A stretch of DNA of 64,000 nt from Babesia bigemina (taxonomy: Eukaryota), in contig NC_027217.1 of the NCBI RefSeq assembly GCF_000981445.1, positions 310,001 to 374,000 of the forward strand, read 5' to 3'. Shown piece after piece: positions 33,547 to 45,432 of the stretch (the stretch's first letter is position 1; each line of letters begins with the position of its first letter). The position numbers and the translations under genes are program-made. The notes under the pieces were generated by a model. It searched no databases and was not told where the DNA came from. It saw only the letters and a list, made by a program, of their open reading frames with translations.

Positions 33547-34272
33547 CGTGTCTAATGGCCCGCTACGTGTCTTTCCTCCGATTAGTGCGCTTCTCAGCTA
33601 CACGGTTCTGTGTTTCTACGAATGTGTGGACTTCACGGCCGAATTCGTCGGATCTACGTATGCGAAAGTTGACGGTGTTGCGTGTGTCACCGTCGCAGTT
33701 CGCTGGCGAGCGTTAACTGCTCTGATTTTACCGTAATTCGTGTGTGTACGGCCTTCAGGTTCCACTTAAAATGAAGATCATACGGCCTTGGCGTGCGCCA
33801 TCCGTATGAGGCACACGTTTCACTGCTGCACGCTCCGCTGCAGCCTGAGGTAAACACCGGAGCACAAAATCAAATCGATCTAGAGAGCGCCATTCACCGT
33901 ATAGCTATGTGATGTGTACGGTTTCGAGCGGTGGGAATGCACTGTATTTTCTGCGTCTGTGGAACGTTCTCCTCGAGCCTATCGGTTGGTAGGAAGGCTA
34001 CACACATATATCTATGACCCCGTTACATCGCACGTGTGAGCCTTTGTCTTGACTATTTAGGCCGTTGTGGGCGAGTCGGTCGTCAGGCGCTGATTTACTG
34101 GCCGCGGCGTCCGAGGCCCTCTGACGTGTCTACATCTCAGCCGCAGGCGACTTGCCGTGGCAAACACAGCGACCTCCGGCGCTCCATTAGCCGCGGATTA
34201 TTGGGCCGCAGGTGGATGCATTCATCGCAGTAATCGCCACTGGGCGCCTGTTGGTACAACGCTTTCACGGTT

Positions 34273-36114
34273 ATGTGGGAGAAGCTGTACAGCAGCGTTG
34301 TCAGCGTCCTGGACTTCAACCAGGCGACGCTGTCGGGATGCGTGGACATCATCTGCGTTCGCCACAAGGAGGTGGTTGACGGGCCTGATGGCTGTTCTCC
34401 GTCAGGTGAGTGCGCTGGCTTCTTTACTCATGACATCGGTTCAGCGGCCCCCTGCAACGATGGCGACCCCGAGCTGCGGCCAAATGAGCGTTGGGTGTAC
34501 CGCTCCACTTCGTTCCACGTGCGTTTCGGCAAGACCAAGCTGCTGAAGTCGCGTGAGAAGACGGTATCGGTGTACGTGAACGGTCAGCTGTCCAACCTGA
34601 CCATGAAGTTGGGCGCTGCTGGCGAGGCCTATTTCGACGATGACAGCGGCGATGCCGCTGCGGGCACGCTCTCCCCGTACGCCCACCAGCTGAGCGACAT
34701 GTCCGTACTCAGTGAGGAGAACGGCGACAGTGCTGGCTACGCCCTGATGGACTACGGCTACTACGCCTGCAGCAACAGCCGTTACAGCGTGAAGAGCGAT
34801 GACGCTGACCCTGCTTCGCAGTCGAGCGCGCCCCGTGCTTCCCAGGGGCAGCCGAATACCGATCGCAATTCCGACCCCTCCCATGCCCAGCATGAATCGG
34901 GCTGGCGCACCGCTGCGTCATCCAAAGGTTCAATCGGCGAGTATTCCCGGGGCTGGGATGAGTTGAGCATCCAGAAGGACGTCGCGGGCAACTCACCGGA
35001 CGACCAGATCCTGCAGTTCAGTCTGTGCGGTCATCTGCTGAGTGCGCAGGACGAGACCTTGAACCGCCAGCTGTTCGAGAGCAACATGGTGGACTGGGAG
35101 CGTTTGAACGCCGACCCATCCCTGTGGTACCACCCCTCGCTGGTAGCGCGCTTCGACAATCGCCCCCCCTACTACCCCTCGAAGATTGCGCTGCCTCTGC
35201 TTGCCTCGTGGATAGTGTACAACAAGCCCCTCTCCGGCGAGGCCATCGCGACACTGCTGCGCACGACGGTGCTCGCGAACAGCTCCCCATCCCCCCTCCC
35301 TGCGCGCTCCACGGCGCAGGACGTGCGCAGCAACATGTCGCCGCCCCGTTACGCCGGCTCGCGCGCTTTCAGGCGCTTCCGCGTGTCCATTCGTCCCACG
35401 TCGGAGCAGCTGGCGGCCCTTAACCTGAAGATGGGCGTGAATAACATCACGTTCACCGTGAACTCCTCGTGGCAGGGCACAAAGAGCGTGCATGCGAAGT
35501 TGTACCTCTGGCCTGCCGACGCCCGTATCGTCATTTCGGATGTCGACGGCACGATCACGAAGTCCGACGCCCTCGGGCACATCATGCCCATCCTGGGCCG
35601 CGATTGGTCGCACACAGGCGTCGCGGAGTTGTTCACCAAGATCCGCTCCAACGGCTACCGCGTCATGTACTTGACCGCGCGCGCCATCGGGCAGGCCGAT
35701 TACACGCGCGAGTATCTCTTCGGGTTGACGCAGAAGGAGAAGGACAAGCTTCCCCACGGACCGCTGTTTCTGTCTCCGGACCGTTTGCTCCCTGCCTTCA
35801 AGCGCGAGGTTATCAGTCGCAGCGCGTACATGTTCAAGATCCCCGCGTTGCGAGACATCCGCAACCTTTTCCCGCCGGACCACAACCCGTTCTACGCCGG
35901 TTTCGGCAACAACGAGTCCGACCACCGCGCGTACGTGTCCGTGGGCGTCCCGGAAAACCGCGTGTTCATCATCAACCCCAGCGGCATCATCCGGCACGTG
36001 AACGTAAACTACGCCAAGACGTACGAGAGCATGAGCGACATTGCGGAGTTGATGTTTCCCCCGTGCCCAGATGCGCAATCGAATGCCGATGACGAGCAAC
36101 TCCAAGGCCAGTGA
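34273..36114 (+). CDS. LPIN: Lipin / phosphatidate phosphatase (N-LIP + LNS2 HAD domain)
   Basis: FNQATLSGCVDII, FHVRFGK, catalytic ISDVDGTITKSD, YLTARAIGQA and FYAGFGN. Confidence 0.95.
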   Translation: MWEKLYSSVVSVLDFNQATLSGCVDIICVRHKEVVDGPDGCSPSGECAGFFTHDIGSAAPCNDGDPELRPNERWVYRSTSFHVRFGKTKLLKSREKTVSVYVNGQLSNLTMKLGAAGEAYFDDDSGDAAAGTLSPYAHQLSDMSVLSEENGDSAGYALMDYGYYACSNSRYSVKSDDADPASQSSAPRASQGQPNTDRNSDPSHAQHESGWRTAASSKGSIGEYSRGWDELSIQKDVAGNSPDDQILQFSLCGHLLSAQDETLNRQLFESNMVDWERLNADPSLWYHPSLVARFDNRPPYYPSKIALPLLASWIVYNKPLSGEAIATLLRTTVLANSSPSPLPARSTAQDVRSNMSPPRYAGSRAFRRFRVSIRPTSEQLAALNLKMGVNNITFTVNSSWQGTKSVHAKLYLWPADARIVISDVDGTITKSDALGHIMPILGRDWSHTGVAELFTKIRSNGYRVMYLTARAIGQADYTREYLFGLTQKEKDKLPHGPLFLSPDRLLPAFKREVISRSAYMFKIPALRDIRNLFPPDHNPFYAGFGNNESDHRAYVSVGVPENRVFIINPSGIIRHVNVNYAKTYESMSDIAELMFPPCPDAQSNADDEQLQGQ

Positions 36115-36520
36115 GGCTGGGGGTTAGCACAGCGTTCGACCGCGGGCTAGAAAGTAGGTCCGTGCAACGGTTCCTGCCGGCTGTTAGCAAAGGTCGCACC
36201 GTCCTCTATTTGCGGGACACGTTGACAGTCGATTTAAATTTAATCGTTGCTGCTTTTAGTCTTACGCTAGTCATAAAGCTTGCGCCAGACTGCTCTACGA
36301 TTTGAGTCGGTTGTGCACGGCCTGCAACTGCGCACGGGGCACCGTTGCAGCTAGCACGCACTCACTGTAGGCCACCACTGACAACGCATACATCGATATT
36401 AGACGTAACAGTTGGAACCAAAGACACTAAGCCGTCTAACACCTTATGACCTGCATACTGCTCTGGTCTGCGATATGCCGCGGGAGCATTTCCACCACGA
36501 TTCCCGTCCGGCGGCACTCC

Positions 36521-37021
36521 TCAGTCTATGATGAGTTCCTCGATCTTCCAATCCTCGTAGGACCCATTAGGCAGGTAGCGTCTGATAATGAAGGGCACCG
36601 ACTTCTGGTACAGCTCCTTCTCGGCGATGATGAGCGGGTCGATGGCCATGGCAGACGAGTCGGTGGCTTCTCCGAATCCCATTGCGACGTTCTCGTCGAC
36701 CGCATCGGTCGAAGCGTCGACGGGTATCGTGATGGGCGCGTTCAGGCTGATTTGGAGGGCGCGCGTGCCGATGATCCTGGCCTTCTCGTACTTGGTCATG
36801 TACGGGCTGGTGATCCGGTGCGCGTTTTCGACCTGTATTATGATATGCAATTCGCGAATGCCACGTACGTGCTGTCTGTACTCGTTGGCGTCCGTGATGA
36901 TGTCGACGTCGGCCACGCGCTGCTGGTCGTACTCGTCGAACTCATCGTACTCCTCTTCCTCCTCCGCGAACTCGTCAATTCCGAAGTTGTCTCCGAAATC
37001 GTCACCGTAAGCGTCCGCCAT
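36521..37021 (-). CDS. RPB6: RNA polymerase I/II/III shared subunit RPB6
   Basis: [24 protein letters not shown]...[13 protein letters not shown]; 36-nt intron at 36833-36868. Confidence 0.96.
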   Translation of the reverse strand: MADAYGDDFGDNFGIDEFAEEEEEYDEFDEYDQQRVADVDIITDANEYRQHVRGIRELHIIIQVENAHRITSPYMTKYEKARIIGTRALQISLNAPITIPVDASTDAVDENVAMGFGEATDSSAMAIDPLIIAEKELYQKSVPFIIRRYLPNGSYEDWKIEELIID

Positions 37022-37130
37022 TTTGCCGCTCTAGTTTTAGAAGTGTGTGAGCGCAGTTCGGCCGGAGGGAGGCGGCGGGCAATCACGCGACCGGGCTACA
37101 ATGCACACTGTTGAGTGAAAGCATGTTGAA

Positions 37131-37893
37131 CTACAAGTGACCCATGAATTTGGCCACGAGAGCCATGAGAAGGATGATGACGGGGATGTACCAGAGCTCG
37201 ACGTAGAGCCTGGTACCTACTGAGTCCGCAGGGCCCATGCTCAGCCTCTGCCTGAGCTGCTCGTTTTCCTTGATGATCTGCGCCTTCAGCTTCTCTACGG
37301 AGAGGCAGTATTGCACCAGTTCGTCGTACTTTTGGCGTAATTCTGCAAAACAGTGAACACGGTTCCCTATGCACGGTATTCACAATGGGCAGCCACCAGT
37401 ACATAAATGGGTCAACGGTAAACATACCTGGCAGATCAACATTGGCGCTCTGTGGCGTAAACAGGCGTGCAGCGATGCGCGGGGGGATGCCGTGCGGTGA
37501 GTTGCCCGATTGGATGTTCAGCCCGGGGTCCTTGACCAGGGCCACGCTGAGACGGTGCTCACCAACTTGGGACTTCTCCACTGTGGTCCAGAGGTCCTTC
37601 GGGACCGGCTCCTCGCTGACGTAGGTAACCGATTGCACGAGGAAGCGGTCGTTGACAGCCTTCGGGGCCTCGCTGAGGGGCTGCAGGATTATCTGAACCG
37701 ACTGCTGCTCTCCCGCCTTGATGACGCCGGTGCTGGGCCTTACGAGGTAGCCCTTGGGAGCCGTGGTCTTGATCTTGAAAGCAACATTTTGCTCACTAAT
37801 GTTTTCCAATTTGAGGTTGGCGTTGAGAGGTGTGTACAGGACCAGAGGGAACTCGATCACCTCCTCAGGGGTGATGCGTAGAAGCTGTACCAT
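37131..37893 (-). CDS. VAP: VAMP-associated protein (MSP domain, coiled coil, C-terminal TM)
   Basis: VAFKIKTTAPKGYLVRPS and DRFLVQ; one intron at ~37343-37427; tail anchor WYIPVIILLMALVAKF. Confidence 0.92.
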
Positions 37894-38525
37894 GGTGTCA
37901 CTCGGCAGTGCCGCAATTGGCGATACCACGGATGCCTGCACGTAACGTTTAGCCGCGCCAATACTGGTCTTATGGTCAGTTTCAGCCGGAGAGTCGACCT
38001 CGCGTCGTGAGGCTGTAGAGGTCAGCGACAAATCCGCGCGAGGCAGTGCAGTACTGTACCGCGCGACTTAATTGAAGCGCACCTTTGCAATGCTATTTTC
38101 CTCCAAAGTGGATGGTCGGCTCCGTCTCGAAATATGACTGGGGTCTGGGCAGCCCCATCCTAGACATTCACGCTGCCTTCGACCTGTGATCCTACTGTGT
38201 TTACGGCGGAGTGTACCAATTGCGCCGTTCTTATTATGTGCATTAATCCGGAGACCATAATGAGCCGGTACCGTCTACGCCGCGCCGGCCCACGGCCTCG
38301 TTCTCTGGCCTTAGTTACGGTGGTGCCGTAGTCGGCGCGACGCGTCGAGTCCGGTTGTTGGTCCGCGCCGTGATTTTACGCAGTTCGTGCTTGTAAAACG
38401 TGTTGTTACACTTCTTTTGTGCGCATTCGGCATTTTGAAGGTGGAAATTACGTGCGAAGGTCTTGATGCCGCGCCGTATGTGATTATTTTAGCTTCCCAC
38501 GTTGCAAACTCAGCCGGTGGCGCAT

Positions 38526-40739
38526 CTACGCTTTCAAGTCTCTGGACGTCTGTATAGGCTCCCAGAAACGCCGCGCGGGTGTCACAGCAATTGGGGCTCC
38601 CGGTACCGCTGGCTGCGACAGCGCCACGAACTGCGCGTTGGCCAGTACGAGCGTTCGGTAGAACAGTAACGCCGCACTTTCTTTAGATCGTCCTTGTAGC
38701 ACTTCGTCGAGTTGTATGGGCTCTGATGCGTTTTCCCTCTGGCGCACGCAGGTGCGAAAGCCCTCTATGAGCTGCACGGTGCTCACCGTTTCCGAGTCGA
38801 ATGCATGCCGAGGTGACTGCACCCGTTTAGTCTTGCTCACTTCCCTTTCCACGCTTTTGAACCACTTTTCACCCTGTTTTGTAGACGGAGGCTTTACAAC
38901 GGGTGGCACAACGCTGATATGCTTTTCGCTTGCTCCCGCATCTGGCTGCTGCGCCGCCTCATCGCCGGCCTCGGGCACGCATCCCATGACCGACTTCACC
39001 AGCGAGTCTATGGCCGAGTTGAACCACTGAGTTTTGTCGCAAATGGGTTGCGTCGTGACAGCGAACGTGTCTAGCGTGTTCTGCTCCTTCGTAATTCGAA
39101 CCTTTCTCGGCGCTTTGGGAGTCCTGCTGGTGACCTTGGTGTCGTACCTGCCGACGTTTCTCGATTTGACCAGGTGCACATGTTTCCCGTTGGGTTCCGC
39201 ATACTCCAACACCATACGCCTGGTCCTGTTGTTGGCTGGGACTAATTCCGCGCCTGTGCGACCTTCGTTTGACACCGATTGTTGCTCGCGCCCCTCATCT
39301 TGGAACGGGTCGTTGTAAATGTCCCAATCCAGATCGTACCTCCCGAAGTCGGGAGTGCTCAGAGTCACACTTTCCGACTGCAGTGTCAGTTCCGTGCTCG
39401 CTATGGTGGTGTCGGCGTCCGACGCGTCCTGGCTGAACCTGGTTTGCGGCGTATACGAGTACCCATTAAGCTTGAACGGCGAGCTGAGGGATTGCAGATC
39501 GAGAAACGTGTCCGGGATTATGGTCTCTCTGTGTTGCTGCAGCGATTCCAGAGACGGTCGGTGCCCGTCCATCAGTCCGTGCTCGAAGTTATGGTAGCTT
39601 ATGTCTCGGTCCACGTTGGAGCTGCCAGCCGAGTAGAACGCGAGGTCGGTACCCATGCCGAGGCCGATCCCGAAGTTCATGAGTTGTAAAACCTCAATTT
39701 GGTCCACCGCAATGTCGTGCCTGAGGTGTGATGTGGCGATGTTAAACCTGCTGTCGTTAGTAATATACATCACTGAAAAGTGAAGCTGGACATCATGTGG
39801 GCAACGCACAGATGCCACGGCAAACCGATGGCACTGAATTAAGCAACCACAGCGGCCTAATAATGACAACACATCTATTTTGGCTACTCCGGTGGGTACA
39901 AATCACGCATTACCAACCTCTCTGGATTCTCCCTATCGACGCCATCCTCGGTGCGAACACTGTATCTGCATACGTTGCCTGGGCACACATATCTCACACA
40001 CCTGTGCGAATATTCGTCATATATATCGCTGCGCGCTTTGTGACCCGTTTCGAAGTAGTCCTCCAGCGCGAGCATTTGTTTCTTCTGTTTCTTCGTCTTT
40101 GCGGATTGGCGTTTGCGTTTAGGCAGCTGGTAGTCGTCGTCTTCTCTGTACGACTGCCGCTGCTTGGGGCGCGCTGCAATCGCCAGCACAGCGGTGGACA
40201 TTAGCAGCTTCTTGCTGAGCTGGTTGCAGTCCTCAGCCAGAAACTCCAGCTTGTGCGATAATATGATACACAGCCCCTTGATGTGGCACCCGACCGTGAG
40301 GAAGGGACGGTCTTCCGCTTTGGAGGCGCATAGCAGGGCGATACATAGTCTTTCCACGTCTGCACTAGCCACAGTTCTGCGTAGCGGTGCTTAAAATATT
40401 TTACTGGACCTACTTTTTCTGAAGTTTCTTGTGGCGGAACACCGCATTCCACAATGGCATGAACAGCTGGCTAGATAAGCCGTTTGGAATGTAACATCGG
40501 TTGTCTGCTGCTTTCCTCCGGAATCTCGGCTCCTCAAGGTGGGTCTCGCGCCTCCCCTGATCGTTTTCCACAGTCCTCTGGACAAGCGCCAGCTCGTCGG
40601 CCGGCTTGGCCAACACGAGCGGCGAGTCCTGCAAACTGGTTGCCGAGCTCTCACTAGGGCTCCTCTGTGTATAAGCTGTCTTGTCGCGGCACAGCGGCGC
40701 CGCCATCCTCGGCGAGTCACCCACGGTGGCGCCTTCCAT
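38526..40739 (-). CDS. Rad21/Rec8-family kleisin (multi-exon)
   Basis: N-terminal kleisin-like LWNAVFRHKKLQK and KGLCIILSHKLEFLAEDC; C-terminal winged-helix motif SKESAALLFYRTLVLANAQFVALSQ. Confidence 0.75.
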
Positions 40740-41032
40740 CGCCGCGGGGCACTCACCCTACTAACTTCCTGCGCACCAAATGTCTAATCAGCGCAACACA
40801 TTCGCTAAAGGTCGCACATTATGGCGCGGGTGCCTTTCGTTGCTGCGGATACTGTGCAGCGCCGTGGAATCTCACGACATCCTGCGGCACCGGAGGGCAA
40901 AACACCTACAGCACCGCTCGCACTATTTTTTACAGCGCTTATGTTGAGTATGTGTGCGTCAAAAATTTTAGTGGGTTGTTGACTTGGCTGTGCGGCTGTA
41001 GCTAGCCTCGGCCGACTGCACTACCATGCGTT

Positions 41033-43763
41033 CTACACATTGCCGAATTTGTCCATCCTCGGTTCTTGCCGGTGTCGTTTGATGTTTTTCCGCGAATTTG
41101 CAGCCGAGTTGCCAGCTCCCTGTGTGTTGACCATGTGGAGGAGGCTGTTCCTTCGGAAAGGCACGAACTGCGTGTGTCTGCTGTTTCCGGGTTCAGACTC
41201 ACCTGCGACGTCGACAGCTCCCTGGGCTTCCACAGCACATCCAGGCGCTCCACACCGCCTTCAATGCTGCGGAATTTCGCCATAGGGCAGAGTCTGGTGG
41301 GAATTACGTCCAATCCCACGGTTTGGCTGCGCCTCATCGTATGCGACCTACCGCAACCTACCACAGCACCGCTATGTTGGCTCGATGAATCTGTCCCGGG
41401 GTGTCGATTTCAGAGTGCGATGCTAGCATCTGTTGGGTGTAACCCACCACGCACGTCGTCGCTTACCGTCATGTCCTCCGCATTCAAATAATGCACGTAG
41501 ACATAGGTGATGAATTCCCAGTCACCTCCGATTTCGTTGCTAAACACGCGATCGCACCTGCCGCGGCAGAGTGCCACTATGCTGCCTGCTATGGCCGGGC
41601 ATACCTGAATCTCGTTAGCCGTTTCGGCACACGATGCGGTGCGGTTAGTCCGCATCACGCATTATATACACGGCCCCTAGGCCATGCCGCCACCCTCGAA
41701 GTTATGCGCATCTTTGGGGTTCGGAACTCTCCGATCGAGGCCGGCGTCACCGGACGTTCCCCTCGCGCAGGGTCTGCAACTGGCCCGGCACCGGCGGTAT
41801 CACCGCCGCTAATGTACGGTGGCAATGTTGCTCAACCTACCTCTTCCATTTTCTCCAACGGGGTGTTGATTTGTACCACAAAGGAGTACCGTTCCGCCAT
41901 TATCCGGATTTGTTTGGGGGAGCGGAAGAGGGCGGGGTAGCGCACGTACCTGCGGAACGCCGTCGTCTTCACTGCCCCGAAGAATTCCTCCTGATGCAGC
42001 TGTGGGAAGTGCATGGCATCTCCGAAGGTTGGGTTTATCATGGCGCAGGCTCTAAGCCAGCGCAGGTCGTTTGGTGTGGGATCCGCCTTGGTTTCGCCGC
42101 GGCTGTCCCGCAGGTGCTGCCACGCGCTCAGGCCGCAATACGGATATTCCCTGTAGTTGGCTCTGAACTGCTCAACCATTTCAATGGCGACGGACTTCGC
42201 GACCGAATGCGAGAGGGTCTCCACGACGACCGAGCCCGTTTCATCCCACGGCAGCGTGGCGCCGCACTCCTCAACTACCTTTTTGTACATCGTGACCGCC
42301 TGGTTCTGCGCATTCTCTGTATTCTCGGCAGGGCCAGACTCAACATCCAGGCTGCTTCGTATTGCTTGTTCCAGTTCGCCGTGCGTGGACACCGGGTAAA
42401 GGGAGGCCGAATTCGGGTGCTTCGAGTTCAGCTTTAGCATCACGGAGGTCTTGGTGATTCCCGCGATCCCCTCCAGGATCTTGGACCCCATGCCTGATAT
42501 CCACCCGAAGGTGTTCACTATCAACGGCACGCTTCGGTCGTCCTCCACCGCGGTGGTGTATATTTCGAAGCAGCGGTGGACGTGCCTCAGCAGCATTTCG
42601 GGGCGGGTCACCTTTACGTCTCCCAAGAGGTAGACTGCATCCGGCCGTTGTCCGGCCAGAAGCGAGTGTGGAGGCGCGTTGATGGTCTCCGTGACGAACT
42701 TGAGCGATATCGTCCCGGGTGGTGCGAAAATCGGCTGGCCGACATCCGTGTCCAGCAGCGCCACTGTGTCGAGATGGTTCAGCAAGTAGTTGACGATATA
42801 GACAACGGCAGTCGACTTGCCGGCGCTCTTGTCTCCGTGAAGCATGAGCACAGGTGCGCGCTCGCCCCTGACGCAGACGAGCAACAGTTCACGGGCAGCC
42901 TCCAGGCTGCATGTCAATGTCAGCTGTACAACATCGGAGTGACTCACAGCCCGGGCACCACAATCTTGGGCGGTCTTGGCGGCGCTAGCAGCCTCCTGAA
43001 GTCCACAGTGCCAAATGCGCTGGTGTGCGGTACAAGCGCCACCACGGTCGTATCCCCTGCCTGCAAGGGCGTTTGTTTTCCTCGCACATTGGCCGTGTAG
43101 CGGCCGCGTAACTCACCAGGTTCGGGTTTTGCTCGGTGTAGTACTCGAGTGCGCCGCAGTCGGGATCCGGTTGAGAATGGGCGCCCCTCCTGTCGGCCGC
43201 TGCGATATTGAAATGCCTTTCCGCGAGAGCTCCGTCCTCCTGGAGGCGCGCACGTACGGCACAGCACGTGCCGCCTAGCAAGTGCTCCGCCAGTATGCCT
43301 GTACATGTGCGGCAATGCGCAGGCTGGTCCGCTGCTGCGGCATCCGCTTCCCCGTGGTCGACGTCGGCGCTTTTGCACAGCGCAAGCATCCGCTCCGGCG
43401 GCGACCATGTGGGCAGGATGGCCTTAGTGTAGGCATTCCTTCTGGGGGTGTATACGTGGCCGTTAAACTCTACTGCACCGCTGCGCGTACTTAGTTCCGG
43501 CTGCTTCCGGCCTTACCGCAGCACTCTGAAGTGGAATGCGCTACGCAGCGCCAGGCACTCCCCCGGTTCTAAGGCAATAATCTCGGCGTAAACGGCGTCT
43601 GCTGTGTCACTATCTGGTGCTGTTAGCTGTATCCGCTGCGCTAGTGGTGAGTGGTGCGTGGACGGTCGCAGTTTACCCCTTTGAGCGTGTCGTAGTTAGT
43701 GCGATAGGTCACCCGCCGGCGTCGCGCCTCAGCGGCGCTGACGAAGCGCAGCCCATGCCGCAT
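41033..43763 (-). CDS. NOL9: Polynucleotide 5'-hydroxyl kinase NOL9/Grc3 (Clp1 family)
   Basis: P-loop GDKSAGKST, LDTDVGQP..PPGTIS and PLIVNTFGWISGMG; C-terminal GAG...RKNIKR. The terminal exons were modelled by eye. Confidence 0.82.
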
Positions 43764-43936
43764 CTGTGGTCGCGGTAACACTGCGCCACCAGCGGCACTC
43801 CTTCTCTGCGGAGTAAAGCCCAATCACCGGTCCACGGTCGGGTGACCCTGGTGACAACGCCGCGGTTTCCACTAACGTTTTATTGCTGGGAATTCGTCTT
43901 GGACTCGAGAGTTGCAAAGTTTCATTTTATAACAAG

Positions 43937-45059
43937 ATGGCTGTTGTTCGTAGGCGTTGGCTTGGCGGCAATTGGAAGTGCAACGGCTCGCGTGAGCTGG
44001 TGTCTACGTTGTCTGCGGTGATGAACGAAGCTGAGTTCGACGTCAGCACCATGGGTACGTGCAGTTTCAGCTCTAAACATAGTGTGTCAGACGTTGTACT
44101 CTTCCCGAGCAGCCTGTACGTAGTGCCGTGCCTGGAGAAGTTCAAACTCGAGCGCTTCAAGGTTGGTGTGCAGAACATTTCGCAGGCCAAACCGGGCGCT
44201 TTCACCGGCGAATTGGCTGTCCCTATGTTGTCTGACCTCGGGCTCGAGTGGACGCTGATTGGTCACTCTGAGCGCCGCTCGATGTTCGGCGAGACCGACG
44301 AGGATGTCGCTGCGAAGGTCGCCATAACGCAACAGGCGAAATTGAACGCCGCCGTCTGCATCGGTGAAAACCTCACTGAGCGCGAGGACGGCCTGGTTGG
44401 TGAGGTCATCACGCGCCAGCTTAACGCTTTCATGGCCGCCGTCACCGACTGGAGCCTCGTGGTGATTGCTTACGAGCCTGTGTGGGCTATCGGTACGGGC
44501 AAGGTGGCCACTACCGCGGAGGTTCTGGAGGCGCATCAGGTAGGTTGAATTCCGCTTGTGTACTTAGGAATGTGATGCCGTTGCTTATTGGTCTCCACGT
44601 TGGGGTTGCTTGTTGATACAAGGCAGCGGGGTCCTTCAACGTACGCTACGGCGTATTCCGCTGTCGACTGGGGGCATGATGTGTTTACTCGTGGCACAAG
44701 CAGCGCGTGGTAGTGTGTTTTGTGAACCGCCTACGCACCATATCGTCGAGGGTGGTACTATTTGATTCTTGCTTTTTGTGCCGCTGCGGTGTCATCTCTT
44801 TTTGCTTCGTTAGGCGCAATGCCGACTTTTACACTTTCGTGGCAACAGTCTCATGTTCTTTCAGTTGATTCGTGACCTCCTTACCGAAAAGATCGGCGCC
44901 GTCGCCGACACCGTGCGCATCGTTTACGGCGGTTCGGTGAACGAGAACAACTGCGTCGACCTCATGCAAACCCCCAACGTGGACGGTTTCCTTGTCGGAG
45001 GGAAGTCCATAGCGCCCGCCTTCTGCGAGATCATAGCGGCCGTGAACAACACTCACTGA
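43937..45059 (+). CDS. TPI: Triosephosphate isomerase
   Basis: [31 protein letters not shown] and DGFLVGG; introns at 44055-44090 and 44540-44864. Confidence 0.97.
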
Positions 45060-45432
45060 AGAGCCTTTGGCAACGCCGTGATGTTCCACCGCAACCTGGG
45101 TACGTGCGGCAGGTGCTGCAACGAATCAGATACATATTCCTTAAATTGCTAGAGCTATCGCTGTGGCATTTCGACGAGGTTCGTCTCATCTGCCAGCGTG
45201 CTTCGGTGCAGTGCTCGCCACTGGCGTGCATCCTCACGCGTCTCACACACTCTACATTCGCGGATTAGTCTGCGTAAAACCATTGATGTCTAAAGTTGGC
45301 GAAGTGCCGCCCCTTGACCACGATTGGCGTGCGGCGGCACCGGAGCGCGTCTGACCCGCGGGGCACGCGCGTCTACTCATCTCGCCGGGCCAGCCACTCA
45401 GCATTGTCTTCCCGCGTGTCACATTTTAAACA

